A program made the position numbers and the translations under genes. This document shows positions 39,799 through 50,356 of a stretch of DNA of 64,000 bases, piece by piece (positions within the stretch are counted from its first letter, which is position 1; every line of letters begins with the position of its first letter). Under the pieces are notes generated by a model. It was given only the letters and a program-made list of their open reading frames with translations, had not been told where the DNA came from and did no database searches. This stretch comes from Candidatus Multivoradales bacterium (lineage in GTDB: Bacteria > Acidobacteriota > Thermoanaerobaculia > Multivoradales > J023). The stretch is from contig CBDFLE010000005.1 in assembly GCA_965248925.1 (NCBI GenBank), positions 928,001-992,000 on the forward strand, written 5' to 3'.

Positions 39799-40872
39799 TC
39801 AGTCCTCCGCCTCGGTCTCGACTACATCGAGTAAGTCCTCGGCGGTCACTTCATCGCTGCCGTCTTCTTCTGTCGGCGGTGCCACCCGCCGCCCTAGCTT
39901 CGCGCCCGGATGGGTTGCCGAGTGGATCGACTTCAGTTTGCGGATCGATACCTGAGTGTAAATCTGCGTCGTCTCCAGCTTGGCATGGCCGAGCATCTGC
40001 TGAATGAAGCGGATATCCGCACCACCTTCGAGCATCAGCGTCGCCATCGTGTGGCGGAAGAGATGGCAAGCGCCCGACTTGCCGAGATCGGCGGCGAGCA
40101 CGTAGCCGCGCACCAGCTGAGTCATTCGCGACGGCGCAAACGGCGTCCCCTGGTTGGTGAGAAAGAGCGGCCCGCCGTCCGGCTCGACCACCAGCGACGG
40201 CCGTACCGCAGTGACGTAGCGATCGATCCAGGCCAACGCCCGCTCGCCGATCGGGATCATCCAATCTTTCCTACCCTTGCCCTGGCGCACCATCACCGTC
40301 CCGCGCTCGATGTCGAGATCGTAACGGCCGAGGCCGATCAGCTCAGCCCGGCGCATGCCCGTGGAGTAGAAGACTTCAAGGATTGTTCGGTCGCGCATCC
40401 CGAGCGGCTCCGTGGTGTCGGGCTGGTTGAGCACCTGGTCGGCTTCAGAGGCGGTCAGCACCGCCGCCGGCAGCCGGTGCTCCAGCTTCGGTAGCTCCAG
40501 CTCCGAGGCCGGGTTGTAGAGCAGGTGGTTGGCCCGAGCCGCCCATTTGAAGAAGGCCCTTACCGGCACCAGCCGCGAGTGCTGAGCCCGGAAAGACAGC
40601 GGCCGCCCGTCCCCAGGCTTGCGGTAGTGGTAGAGCCACCTGGCGTAGCGCTCCAGGATCGGCTTGGTCACTTCCGACGGCCGCGACACCCCACGCTCTT
40701 CACACCATGCGATGAGAAACGAGAGGTATAGATGCCGGTTCTCAACGGTTCGTGGAGAGTAGTTCTTGATCGCCATCCACTCCAGGTACTGACCCGCCAT
40801 CACCGCGAAGCCCCGAGGGTCGGTTGGATTGCCCGGCAAGAGGCGGATCTTGCGCTCGCCACGGCGCGGCAT
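39799..40872 (-). CDS. XerC/D-like tyrosine recombinase
   Basis: Catalytic residues intact. Confidence 0.95.
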   Translation of the reverse strand: MPRRGERKIRLLPGNPTDPRGFAVMAGQYLEWMAIKNYSPRTVENRHLYLSFLIAWCEERGVSRPSEVTKPILERYARWLYHYRKPGDGRPLSFRAQHSRLVPVRAFFKWAARANHLLYNPASELELPKLEHRLPAAVLTASEADQVLNQPDTTEPLGMRDRTILEVFYSTGMRRAELIGLGRYDLDIERGTVMVRQGKGRKDWMIPIGERALAWIDRYVTAVRPSLVVEPDGGPLFLTNQGTPFAPSRMTQLVRGYVLAADLGKSGACHLFRHTMATLMLEGGADIRFIQQMLGHAKLETTQIYTQVSIRKLKSIHSATHPGAKLGRRVAPPTEEDGSDEVTAEDLLDVVETEAED

Positions 40873-43800
40873 CAGGCCCCCTCGACCGCCGCCGAGCCGC
40901 CGGTACGAGGCCCAGATTTACGACATGACGGGCCGTTTTCTCGCACCCCCTTATATGCGTTTTTTGCCGAAACTCCACGATTTCCGGCCGAAGTTGTTGA
41001 TTCTGCTTGGGAAACTGCACCCCGACCACCCCCCGACACCCCCCCGACTTGGGGCCGACTTGGCCCCGACTTCTCAGCTTCAGACCCCGACTTCTTTTCG
41101 TCGTACCTGAGTGTTTCGACCTCGATCAGCCCCGGCAGTCGCGGCCGCTCCGGCTCGTCGCTGGCCACGTAAACCAGCTCGTAGACAAAGCTCTGCCCCC
41201 GCCCGCCCTGATGCACCAGCAGATACTCAAACTCCTCAAGACGGCGTAGGTGCAGCTTCAGCTGCGTATTGCCCCAGCCGGTGTGCTCGCGCACCGCCCG
41301 CCGGCTGAAACGGTAGTCCGGCCGATCCATCGCCAGCGCCTCACAGGCTTCGCTGACCATCTCGTCGATCAGCCCCAGCAGGCGCCGCGTCTGCGGCGGC
41401 AGCTCATCGAGCGAGCGCCCCAAGACTTCGTGCGCCAGGCGGTTGGCTGTCTCGATGTCTGTGGCCACCACTTCGACGTACTCCACCTCTCGCCCGTCGA
41501 CCACCGCCAGCTTCACCTCTCGCTGGTATTGATGCAAAAGAGCAATCACGTCGATCAGCGTCAGGTACTTCTCGTGGTCCCGGCGGGTGCGGATTTGCGT
41601 ATCGAGAAAGGTAAGTTCCGGAGCAAAGGGATTGACCACCGCCAGCGGCCGCAGCAGCCGCTGCGCGTTCTGGTGCAGCGCCATCACCCCGTCGCGCCGG
41701 GTGCGCGAGAGTAGCCCCTCCAGCGTCCGCCGCTGCCGCTGCAGCCGGTGAATCGCCCGCGTCTGCTCTCGCGCCTCGTCCACCGAGAGCACCAAGCAGC
41801 GATTCAAAAGCTCTTCATCGATGTCGATTGCCGTGGTCGTCAAGAAGATCATCACCGGCCCTTCGACGTGGTACTCGTGCGTCACCAGCTTGCCCGTTGA
41901 AGCATCCTTGCCGGTCGAGGCAATCGTCAGCTCGCCCTCCGACTGAAGCAGCTTCAAGGCGTAGCTAGCCCGCTCGGCCCCCTCCTCCTCGACGATCGCC
42001 AGGATCTTGTGCTGCAGATCCGTTTCGCCCATGTAGAACAGCGATTGCCCGGTCATCGCCGAGTACTTCACTTGCTGCTCACCTGGCATCAGCGACAGCA
42101 CCGCCTCCATCAGCGCCGACTTACCGGCCGCTGAGCTGGACTGCACCACCACCGCCAGCGGCCGTTCCAGGAAACGCGAGGTCGACGCCAGGTAGCCCAT
42201 CAGCTTGTTGACCTCCTCGCCCACCACCCCGCAGCGCTCGAAGTCCGCGAGGATGCGCACCAAGAGATCTGGTGAGCGCAGCAGCTCAAGCGCCGCTTCC
42301 TTCTCTCCCTCTGACAGCTCCACCGCCGTCGACTGCGGCTCGAGTGCTGAGCGGATCTGCTCGTCCTGCAGCTCCTCGAGCTTCAGCAGCACCTTGCCCA
42401 GATCCTTCTTGACCACCTGCTCCTCGACCCCCAGCTCAGCGGCTGCCGCCCGCTGAAACACCGCCCGCGGCCGCGCCGCGTAGAGATCGAAAGTGTCGAC
42501 GTGGAAGGCGTCGCCCCGCGACGCCAGGACGTTGACCTTGAGCACGTCGTAGGCCAGATTCTTCGGCAGACCGCGAATGCGGTAGCGGCGATCGCCGAGC
42601 GACAAGACCACCTCCTGGTCGCGCACCTCAGCCGGCATATCTGGCGGAGGCGGTGCGGGCAGTGGGGAGGCTTCGGCCGGGGCGGGCAGTGCCAATACCG
42701 CCTCTCCGGCGGTATTCGATGATGTCAGCTGCTCTGTTGGTGGAGCCATTACCGCCTCTGCGGCTGTGTTTGGCCGTACCGTTGGCGCGATTAGGCCAGC
42801 TGTTGGCCCAAACCCCGGTTTCACGCCCGGCGGCTTGCCTTTGCCGAGCCACTGTGCTTTGCGGATCACCACCCCCAGCGACTTCGCCGCCGGGGTCACC
42901 TTCAGCGCGTACTCGTTGGCATCCATGCCACGCGGAAATTGGATTCGGTAGCAGTCGATCCCGGCACCCACCAGCTTCTCGGCCAGCTTCCCGGCGGCCT
43001 TCTCGCCGGCATCGTCACGGTCGTAGGCGATCAGCACCCGCTCGACTCCGTGGCCACCGAAGGCTGCCAGCATCTCCGCGGTGAAACCCTGGATGCCGTA
43101 GGCGCTGGTGACGTTACGGTAACCCGCACACCAGAAAGTCAGAGCGTCGATCAGCGACTCGCAGAGGATGATCTCGGTCGAGGCCACCAGAGCTTCCGCA
43201 TTAAAGATCCCTCGATGTGGACCCGGCAGATAGAGATGCAAGGGCGTCCCCTTGCGAAGATTTAGTGTGATCTTGCGCCCGTAGATCTCCACCACCTGGC
43301 CTGTTGAATCGAAAACCGGAAAGACGATCGAGCCGTTGAAGTGCTCATGACCCGACTTGCGCAGCACGCCGAGCTTCTGCAATCGACCCCGCATCTCCTT
43401 ACCCGCCTTCAGCTGCTTCGATGGCAGTCGATAGCCCAGCGTCCGGTTGGCGAAGCCAAGCCTGAAATGCTCGATCATCTCCGGGTGCTTCAGCCCTCTG
43501 CTCTCCAGATAAGCCAGCGCCTCCGGGCCCTCCTTCAAAGCCTCGTGGTAGTAGCCGACGACCTGGCCGAGCAACTCCGCGTCCTCGACGTCCGCCACCA
43601 CCGGCGAAGGCAGAGCCGGCGCCGAAGGCCGCGCCTCAGTGACCGCCGCCGCCGGCAGATCCGAGCGCAGCAGCTCGACCGCGTGGCGAAACGACACCCC
43701 GCGATCTCGCATCACCCAATCGATCACCGAGCCACCCGCCTGGCAGGCGCCCAGGCAGTGCCACAGGTTCTTCTTTGGCGAGATCACCAGCGACGGCTCG

Positions 43801-43937
43801 TGGTCGTCGTGAAACGGACACAGCCCCAGCAGGTCCGCCCCGTGCCGTTTCAGCTCTACACCGCGGGCCAGGACCAGGCGTTCCACCGATACTTCTCGCT
43901 TTAGTCGCTCCACTTCCGCTTCCGGAATCCTGCTCAC
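40872..43937 (-). CDS. CHC2/TOPRIM primase-P-loop NTPase
   Basis: Same motifs as the other copies. Confidence 0.9.
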   Translation of the reverse strand: MSRIPEAEVERLKREVSVERLVLARGVELKRHGADLLGLCPFHDDHEPSLVISPKKNLWHCLGACQAGGSVIDWVMRDRGVSFRHAVELLRSDLPAAAVTEARPSAPALPSPVVADVEDAELLGQVVGYYHEALKEGPEALAYLESRGLKHPEMIEHFRLGFANRTLGYRLPSKQLKAGKEMRGRLQKLGVLRKSGHEHFNGSIVFPVFDSTGQVVEIYGRKITLNLRKGTPLHLYLPGPHRGIFNAEALVASTEIILCESLIDALTFWCAGYRNVTSAYGIQGFTAEMLAAFGGHGVERVLIAYDRDDAGEKAAGKLAEKLVGAGIDCYRIQFPRGMDANEYALKVTPAAKSLGVVIRKAQWLGKGKPPGVKPGFGPTAGLIAPTVRPNTAAEAVMAPPTEQLTSSNTAGEAVLALPAPAEASPLPAPPPPDMPAEVRDQEVVLSLGDRRYRIRGLPKNLAYDVLKVNVLASRGDAFHVDTFDLYAARPRAVFQRAAAAELGVEEQVVKKDLGKVLLKLEELQDEQIRSALEPQSTAVELSEGEKEAALELLRSPDLLVRILADFERCGVVGEEVNKLMGYLASTSRFLERPLAVVVQSSSAAGKSALMEAVLSLMPGEQQVKYSAMTGQSLFYMGETDLQHKILAIVEEEGAERASYALKLLQSEGELTIASTGKDASTGKLVTHEYHVEGPVMIFLTTTAIDIDEELLNRCLVLSVDEAREQTRAIHRLQRQRRTLEGLLSRTRRDGVMALHQNAQRLLRPLAVVNPFAPELTFLDTQIRTRRDHEKYLTLIDVIALLHQYQREVKLAVVDGREVEYVEVVATDIETANRLAHEVLGRSLDELPPQTRRLLGLIDEMVSEACEALAMDRPDYRFSRRAVREHTGWGNTQLKLHLRRLEEFEYLLVHQGGRGQSFVYELVYVASDEPERPRLPGLIEVETLRYDEKKSGSEAEKSGPSRPQVGGVSGGGRGAVSQAESTTSAGNRGVSAKNAYKGVRENGPSCRKSGPRTGGSAAVEGA

Positions 43938-44158
43938 CGTGCCGCCTCCGATCCCACCGGAGTAAGCACCAAACGATCCTGCTCGACCTCCACCCGCAGC
44001 CGCTCCCCACAGCGAAACCCCGCTGCTTCCAGCCAAGCCCCCCGCATCCGCACAAACGGCACAAGCCGCACCGAGCACGGACCGTTGATGTAGTGCGGTG
44101 CGCGGGGCTCGTGCAGGGTAGAGATCGTCAGATGCCGCTCAGCTCTCGACTCAGACAC
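43934..44158 (-). CDS. SymE-like protein
   Basis: [19 protein letters not shown]. Confidence 0.75.
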   Translation of the reverse strand: MSESRAERHLTISTLHEPRAPHYINGPCSVRLVPFVRMRGAWLEAAGFRCGERLRVEVEQDRLVLTPVGSEAAR

Positions 44159-44447
44159 AGGCTGCTCCTGCCAGGCGACTTGCCGAGACCTCATCAATCC
44201 GGCCGATCTGATCCGCCGGCACCCACACCACCGGCTGCATTTCCCTCTCCTCCTCGCCCTCTTCCACCCGCGTCACCACCAAACGCCCGTCACCCACCAC
44301 ATCGATCCGCACTCGCGCACCGGGGTAGAAGCCAGCGTCCTGGAGCCATGGGCCGACCACTTGCAGCAATGGCAGCTGTGCCGATCTGGGCAAGACGTGC
44401 CAGCCGGGGCGGTACAGGGCGGAGATCGTTAGCTTGTGCTCGGTCAT
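44151..44447 (-). CDS. SymE-like protein
   Basis: MTEHKLTIS..PLLQVVGPWLQDAGFYPG. Confidence 0.75.
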   Translation of the reverse strand: MTEHKLTISALYRPGWHVLPRSAQLPLLQVVGPWLQDAGFYPGARVRIDVVGDGRLVVTRVEEGEEEREMQPVVWVPADQIGRIDEVSASRLAGAACV

Positions 44448-44652
44448 TGGAGATCCTCCGGCAAGATTCTGTCTTTCTGTTGTAGCTGATGGGCTCGTTT
44501 TCATAGCGAGCACCATACGCATCGATTGACTCGATTATATAGCGCATAGACGTGGTTTTACAAGTAAGAACTCTGCCCCGAGACTCCATTTCCCTTGATG
44601 GCGAGGTGCTTGCGCTGTAGAATTTGCGGAGATTCATAGCGAGAGGCAACGG

Positions 44653-45030
44653 ATGGAGATGACTACAGACGCCCCCAGCTTCGGCCAGAAGCTCCGCAAG
44701 CTGCGCAAAGAGCGCGGATGGTCCCAGGACGAGTTCGGCAAACGGGTCGGCATCCACGGTCGCCATGTAGGCAAGTATGAGATTGGCCAAGCCATGCCCA
44801 ACGCCGAAACTGCCGTCAGGCTCGCCGATGTTCTCGACGTCTCGATCGATTTTCTACTGCGGGATGATCTCGATGGGGATGCAGCCCGTGGGGCTGCCTT
44901 GCGGGATCGGGAGTTGCTACGCCAGTTCGAAGCGGTCGAGCGGATGAGCGACGATGATCGCCACGTCGTCACCTCCCTTATCGACGCCTACATCAAGAAG
45001 CACCAGATCGAAGAAGTGCTCCACCAGTGA
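44653..45030 (+). CDS. Xre-family HTH repressor type D
   Basis: FGQKLRKLRKERGWSQDEFG..VGKYEIGQAMPN..IDFLL. Confidence 0.9.
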   Translation: MEMTTDAPSFGQKLRKLRKERGWSQDEFGKRVGIHGRHVGKYEIGQAMPNAETAVRLADVLDVSIDFLLRDDLDGDAARGAALRDRELLRQFEAVERMSDDDRHVVTSLIDAYIKKHQIEEVLHQ

Positions 45031-45057
45031 GAGTGCCCGGTGGGACACCGGGCACTC
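45031..45057. terminator. Perfect 12-bp stem hairpin between convergent repressor and immunity genes (copy at 55479-55505)
   Basis: GAGTGCCCGGTG-GGA-CACCGGGCACTC; no clear U-tract. Confidence 0.45.
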
Positions 45058-45095
45058 ATGATGGCGAGCTACTGTCAAAGGTTGGCCAACGCGGC

Positions 45096-45350
45096 CTACT
45101 CGCCGTGCAGCTTTCTCGCGGCTAGCTCAAGAGCGTGCTGAAAACCCTTGAGATCCACCTCCCGAGAGATTTGTTCTTCCACAAGCCCAGGCCCTGGCAC
45201 CTCTAACATTTTGTGCTCAAGGCCATGCTCCTGGCTCACGAGCGCCACAAACTTGTCATCACAGTAGATCTCTGCGTAAACCTTCTCGTGATCCAGATCG
45301 CTGGCAATCATCACGCTGAAATGGCCAGCTGAGAACTCATCCCGCTTCAT
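45096..45350 (-). CDS. Putative immunity protein type D
   Basis: ATGA overlap with the tip D stop; IASDLDHEKVYAEIY..VSQE. Confidence 0.75.
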   Translation of the reverse strand: MKRDEFSAGHFSVMIASDLDHEKVYAEIYCDDKFVALVSQEHGLEHKMLEVPGPGLVEEQISREVDLKGFQHALELAARKLHGE

Positions 45351-46450
45351 GGATCTAGGAATCCTATGAACTGCCCATCTCCGTCGAAGCGTACTCCGCG
45401 CCCACTGGCAGTATCGAAAATATCCCGTCCACCGAGGCGATTTGCCCGAGTAGTCTGGTTCGAGCTGTTCAAGATCTCTTCAAGGATCTGTTGTCCTTGA
45501 TCGTTCCTTGCAGCTGCATTGCCCGTTGACCGTGGAAAAACGCTGTCTGCTCTGTCTCCGTGCTTCTGTAGAGAGCGCCCAGCTCTGCTAAGTCCATTTC
45601 TATCCAGTTGCTGGCCAGCCCGAAGCAGGTCGTCAACGCTCGCTGCCCCCTTTGCTCCTCCGCGCGATCCCCGTTGAAAGACCTTACCAAGTCGAGCAAA
45701 GACAGCAGACAGCTTTGACCCAACACTAGGAAGTGCTTTTCGAGTAACAGCGACAACAAGAGTCGTCTCGTCGACTGGCGAGAGAAGGCTGGCAGCAAAC
45801 AGTGCTCCCATTCCCCGAGCATTGATGTTCTCAATGTACTGCTCCTGGGTGATCTCGCCCCGCATCAAGCGCTGTATATCTTGTTCGAGAGCCATCGCCG
45901 CACGGCTTTCTCGCCCATTGGGGTCGATCTCGTTGATCGGGTTGTTCCCCGCATAGGAATAGCGGTTCCAGCTTCCCGGCGCGCTGGGCTTGGCGGACTT
46001 CGCCGGGTCCACACTCAAGAACCGCCCCACCACCGGACTGCAATGCCGCGCATGCATGTAGTCCAGCTCGCTCCTCGCCCCGGTCCCGGTCTTGTCCCGC
46101 TCATGACCGGTGAATTTCAGCTGGATCTCGTCAGCCTCCGCGCTGGTCGCCTCTTGACCAAAGGGAAAGTAGTTGTGCAACGCCACCTGCTGACCCCCTC
46201 GGGTGAAGGGGACAGCCCGACGCGGTTTCCAGCTTGAGAGCTGGTAACCCTCTATGCCTGTTCTACTTAAGCCTCGCTCGGCCCTACTGCCGGCGGGGTC
46301 TTGGTGCTCGAAGGTCCAGAGGCGAGTTTCGGCGTAGCTCGACTCGGAGATCGGCGCGATCGCTGTTGCCGGCATCGTCACCGCCAGGAGCGCGACGACC
46401 AGCCCGAGCGCCATCGTCCAAGTGCTTCTTCCTTTAGCTGCCTGCCTCAT
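45347..46450 (-). CDS. Orphan Rhs module, tip D (putative RNase)
   Basis: Core ending NNPINEIDPNG; AGRSLQKHG..GRGVRFDGDGQFIGFLDP. Confidence 0.85.
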   Translation of the reverse strand: MRQAAKGRSTWTMALGLVVALLAVTMPATAIAPISESSYAETRLWTFEHQDPAGSRAERGLSRTGIEGYQLSSWKPRRAVPFTRGGQQVALHNYFPFGQEATSAEADEIQLKFTGHERDKTGTGARSELDYMHARHCSPVVGRFLSVDPAKSAKPSAPGSWNRYSYAGNNPINEIDPNGRESRAAMALEQDIQRLMRGEITQEQYIENINARGMGALFAASLLSPVDETTLVVAVTRKALPSVGSKLSAVFARLGKVFQRGSRGGAKGAASVDDLLRAGQQLDRNGLSRAGRSLQKHGDRADSVFPRSTGNAAARNDQGQQILEEILNSSNQTTRANRLGGRDIFDTASGRGVRFDGDGQFIGFLDP

Positions 46451-47340
46451 GCCGGGCCATTCTACGCCGCGGGTGGCGCTCGAAGACAGCGGCTAAAGGA
46501 GGAAGGGTGGTTGGTGCGGAGGCGGGATGCGGTTTTCTTAGGCCGCTTTCTTCGGGCAGTGGGTGTTTTCTTAGGTCGTTTTCGTCGGGCTGGTCGTCGG
46601 AGCGAGCGCGGGTCTTTCCGGCAGTTTGGTGCCGGCGGCGCAGCCGCCAAACCAATCTGCACGTTGGGGGCGTGGTGGCGGCGGGGCCGGAGCCGAGCAC
46701 GGCGACCGCAGGGCGCCGCGCGCAGGGTACGGAGGCCACGACGCAGGGCGGGTCTTGGGAGGAGGATGGGGAGCCCCCTTGAGGGGGCGGACGGGGCCGG
46801 GCCGAGCCGTCGCAGTGCTGGCTGGTGGATCTCGGCAAGGAGGCCCGGAGCGGGGCGTGGTTCCGAAGCCGCTGACCATCGCAGGCTCGCGGAGTGCTCA
46901 CCCCAAGTTTCCATAATGCACGCGTTATGGAAAGGCCGTAGGCCCGGAGCCGGGGCGTGTGAGGGCCAGGTCGGATAGGGCGCGCACTATCGGACAGCGA
47001 CCCATGCAAGCCGCGTGACACCTGGGAGGTCCGAGGAGGGACCCAGGTGGCGCGCGGCTTGCGGAGCGGCTGGCCCGTGCCCGGAGGGAGCGCAGCGACC
47101 GGAGGGACACACGCCCCGGCGGAGCTTGGGGTGAGCTTTCGAAGAGTCTTCTCTTGGACTACTTGAAGCCCCGCGCCGGGCCGGTGATCGGAGGGCTCAG
47201 GTGGTGGATCGCAGATGCTCGGGCCGGGGCGGGCTGGGGTGACGAAAAAATACTGCCGAGGGCTGCGTGGCCCGCGAACGGAGGACGGCGCAGCCGGCCG
47301 CAGCGCGGGACCCGCAGACCCGGACCGCTTCGGGCGGGGG

Positions 47341-48414
47341 TCAGTCCTCCGCCTCGGTCTCGACTACATCGAGTAAGTCCTCGGCGGTCACTTCATCGCT
47401 GCCGTCTTCTTCTGTCGGCGGTGCCACCCGCCGCCCTAGCTTCGCGCCCGGATGGGTTGCCGAGTGGATCGACTTCAGTTTGCGGATCGATACCTGAGTG
47501 TAAATCTGCGTCGTCTCCAGCTTGGCATGGCCGAGCATCTGCTGAATGAAGCGGATATCCGCACCACCTTCGAGCATCAGCGTCGCCATCGTGTGGCGGA
47601 AGAGATGGCAAGCGCCCGACTTGCCGAGATCGGCGGCGAGCACGTAGCCGCGCACCAGCTGAGTCATTCGCGACGGCGCAAACGGCGTCCCCTGGTTGGT
47701 GAGAAAGAGCGGCCCGCCGTCCGGCTCGACCACCAGCGACGGCCGTACCGCAGTGACGTAGCGATCGATCCAGGCCAACGCCCGCTCGCCGATCGGGATC
47801 ATCCAATCTTTCCTACCCTTGCCCTGGCGCACCATCACCGTCCCGCGCTCGATGTCGAGATCGTAACGGCCGAGGCCGATCAGCTCAGCCCGGCGCATGC
47901 CCGTGGAGTAGAAGACTTCAAGGATTGTTCGGTCGCGCATCCCGAGCGGCTCCGTGGTGTCGGGCTGGTTGAGCACCTGGTCGGCTTCAGAGGCGGTCAG
48001 CACCGCCGCCGGCAGCCGGTGCTCCAGCTTCGGTAGCTCCAGCTCCGAGGCCGGGTTGTAGAGCAGGTGGTTGGCCCGAGCCGCCCATTTGAAGAAGGCC
48101 CTTACCGGCACCAGCCGCGAGTGCTGAGCCCGGAAAGACAGCGGCCGCCCGTCCCCAGGCTTGCGGTAGTGGTAGAGCCACCTGGCGTAGCGCTCCAGGA
48201 TCGGCTTGGTCACTTCCGACGGCCGCGACACCCCACGCTCTTCACACCATGCGATGAGAAACGAGAGGTATAGATGCCGGTTCTCAACGGTTCGTGGAGA
48301 GTAGTTCTTGATCGCCATCCACTCCAGGTACTGACCCGCCATCACCGCGAAGCCCCGAGGGTCGGTTGGATTGCCCGGCAAGAGGCGGATCTTGCGCTCG
48401 CCACGGCGCGGCAT
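47341..48414 (-). CDS. XerC/D-like tyrosine recombinase
   Basis: Same protein as 39799-40872. Confidence 0.95.
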   Translation of the reverse strand: MPRRGERKIRLLPGNPTDPRGFAVMAGQYLEWMAIKNYSPRTVENRHLYLSFLIAWCEERGVSRPSEVTKPILERYARWLYHYRKPGDGRPLSFRAQHSRLVPVRAFFKWAARANHLLYNPASELELPKLEHRLPAAVLTASEADQVLNQPDTTEPLGMRDRTILEVFYSTGMRRAELIGLGRYDLDIERGTVMVRQGKGRKDWMIPIGERALAWIDRYVTAVRPSLVVEPDGGPLFLTNQGTPFAPSRMTQLVRGYVLAADLGKSGACHLFRHTMATLMLEGGADIRFIQQMLGHAKLETTQIYTQVSIRKLKSIHSATHPGAKLGRRVAPPTEEDGSDEVTAEDLLDVVETEAED

Positions 48415-49591
48415 CAGGCCCCCTCGACCGCCGCCGAGCCGCCGGTACGAGGCCCAGATTTACGACATGACGGGCCGTTTTCTCGCACCCCCTTATATGC
48501 GTTTTTTGCCGAAACTCCACGATTTCCGGCCGAAGTTGTTGATTCTGCTTGGGAAACTGCACCCCGACCACCCCCCGACACCCCCCCGACTTGGGGCCGA
48601 CTTGGCCCCGACTTCTCAGCTTCAGACCCCGACTTCTTTTCGTCGTACCTGAGTGTTTCGACCTCGATCAGCCCCGGCAGTCGCGGCCGCTCCGGCTCGT
48701 CGCTGGCCACGTAAACCAGCTCGTAGACAAAGCTCTGCCCCCGCCCGCCCTGATGCACCAGCAGATACTCAAACTCCTCAAGACGGCGTAGGTGCAGCTT
48801 CAGCTGCGTATTGCCCCAGCCGGTGTGCTCGCGCACCGCCCGCCGGCTGAAACGGTAGTCCGGCCGATCCATCGCCAGCGCCTCACAGGCTTCGCTGACC
48901 ATCTCGTCGATCAGCCCCAGCAGGCGCCGCGTCTGCGGCGGCAGCTCATCGAGCGAGCGCCCCAAGACTTCGTGCGCCAGGCGGTTGGCTGTCTCGATGT
49001 CTGTGGCCACCACTTCGACGTACTCCACCTCTCGCCCGTCGACCACCGCCAGCTTCACCTCTCGCTGGTATTGATGCAAAAGAGCAATCACGTCGATCAG
49101 CGTCAGGTACTTCTCGTGGTCCCGGCGGGTGCGGATTTGCGTATCGAGAAAGGTAAGTTCCGGAGCAAAGGGATTGACCACCGCCAGCGGCCGCAGCAGC
49201 CGCTGCGCGTTCTGGTGCAGCGCCATCACCCCGTCGCTGCCTATTCCGACGAAACTGACCAGCCATTCCGATCGAAACCGACCACTTGTCGGAGCGAAGC
49301 GACGCTGGCGCTCTCCTCAGTTGTAAGTGTCCACTTTCGCTGTAGCTGGAGCCCTCCTTCCGGCTCTTCTTCTTGGTTGATTGTATTCAAATAACCCGTC
49401 GTCGGGGCTGTGCGTAGCTGTGGGAAACGCGGGTGGGTGGCCGGGGGGCGTTTTCCAAGCGGCTGTGGGAATCGCAGAGCGATTTCCTCAGCCGCGGCAG
49501 CTTCCACAGTCCATCTTGGGTCGGGTCCGGATCGGGCCGCAGGCCCGCTGATGGGTCAGGATCGGCGATCGCTTCAGCATGCTCTTGGATC

Positions 49592-50356
49592 TCACCTTGC
49601 CTCTCGCTGGGCGGCCTTGCGAATACCGCCGGCTCTCTTCGCCCGCATGGAGTCACCGTCCACCGCGAGCTTGTAGGCGCCGTGGACAATGCGATCGAGG
49701 ATGGCGTCGGCCAAGGTCGGATCGCCGATGACCTCGTACCAGCTCTCAACCGGTAGCTGGGAGGTCACCAGCGTGGAGCGGTTGCCGTAGCGGTCCTCAA
49801 GAATCTCGAGCAGGTCGCGCCGCTCGCTGGCCCCGATCGGCGCCAGCCCCCAGTCGTCGAGGATGAGCAGGTCTGTGCGAGCATAGCTCTTGAGCAGCTT
49901 CTCGTAGCTACCATCACCCCGCGCGATGGCGAGCTGGCGAAACAGCCTCGGCACCCGCAGGTACAAAGCGGTGTAACCCTCCCGACATGCCTTGTGCGCG
50001 AAGGCGCAGGCGAGAAAGGTCTTGCCCACCCCGGCCTTGCCGGTGATCAGCACGTTGAGATGCTCGGCGATCCACTGGCACGAGGCCAGGCGCAGGATCT
50101 GGCCTTTGTCCAGGCCCCTCTTGGCTCGCCAGTCGATGTCTTCGATGGCCGCCTGCTCGCGCAGCTTGGCTTTTCGCAACCGCGCTATCAAGCGGCGGCT
50201 GGATCGCTCGGTCGCTTCGCGCTCGACCAGCAGCCCGAGGCGCTCTTCGAAGGAGAGCTCTGAGACATCGACCATCGACAGCTGCTCCTCAAAGGCTTTG
50301 GCCATACCGTGGAGCTTGAGCGCGGCGAGTTGATCGAGCGTCGCGTGCCTCAGCAT
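49592..50356 (-). CDS. istB: IS21 helper ATPase
   Basis: As 21893-22657. Confidence 0.93.
   Translation of the reverse strand: MLRHATLDQLAALKLHGMAKAFEEQLSMVDVSELSFEERLGLLVEREATERSSRRLIARLRKAKLREQAAIEDIDWRAKRGLDKGQILRLASCQWIAEHLNVLITGKAGVGKTFLACAFAHKACREGYTALYLRVPRLFRQLAIARGDGSYEKLLKSYARTDLLILDDWGLAPIGASERRDLLEILEDRYGNRSTLVTSQLPVESWYEVIGDPTLADAILDRIVHGAYKLAVDGDSMRAKRAGGIRKAAQREAR

Larger units (their letters stand above)
38658..46199 (-). mobile_element. Rhs-tip element, unit D1 (7542 bp)
   Basis: Junction-to-junction repeat, same gene order. Confidence 0.8.
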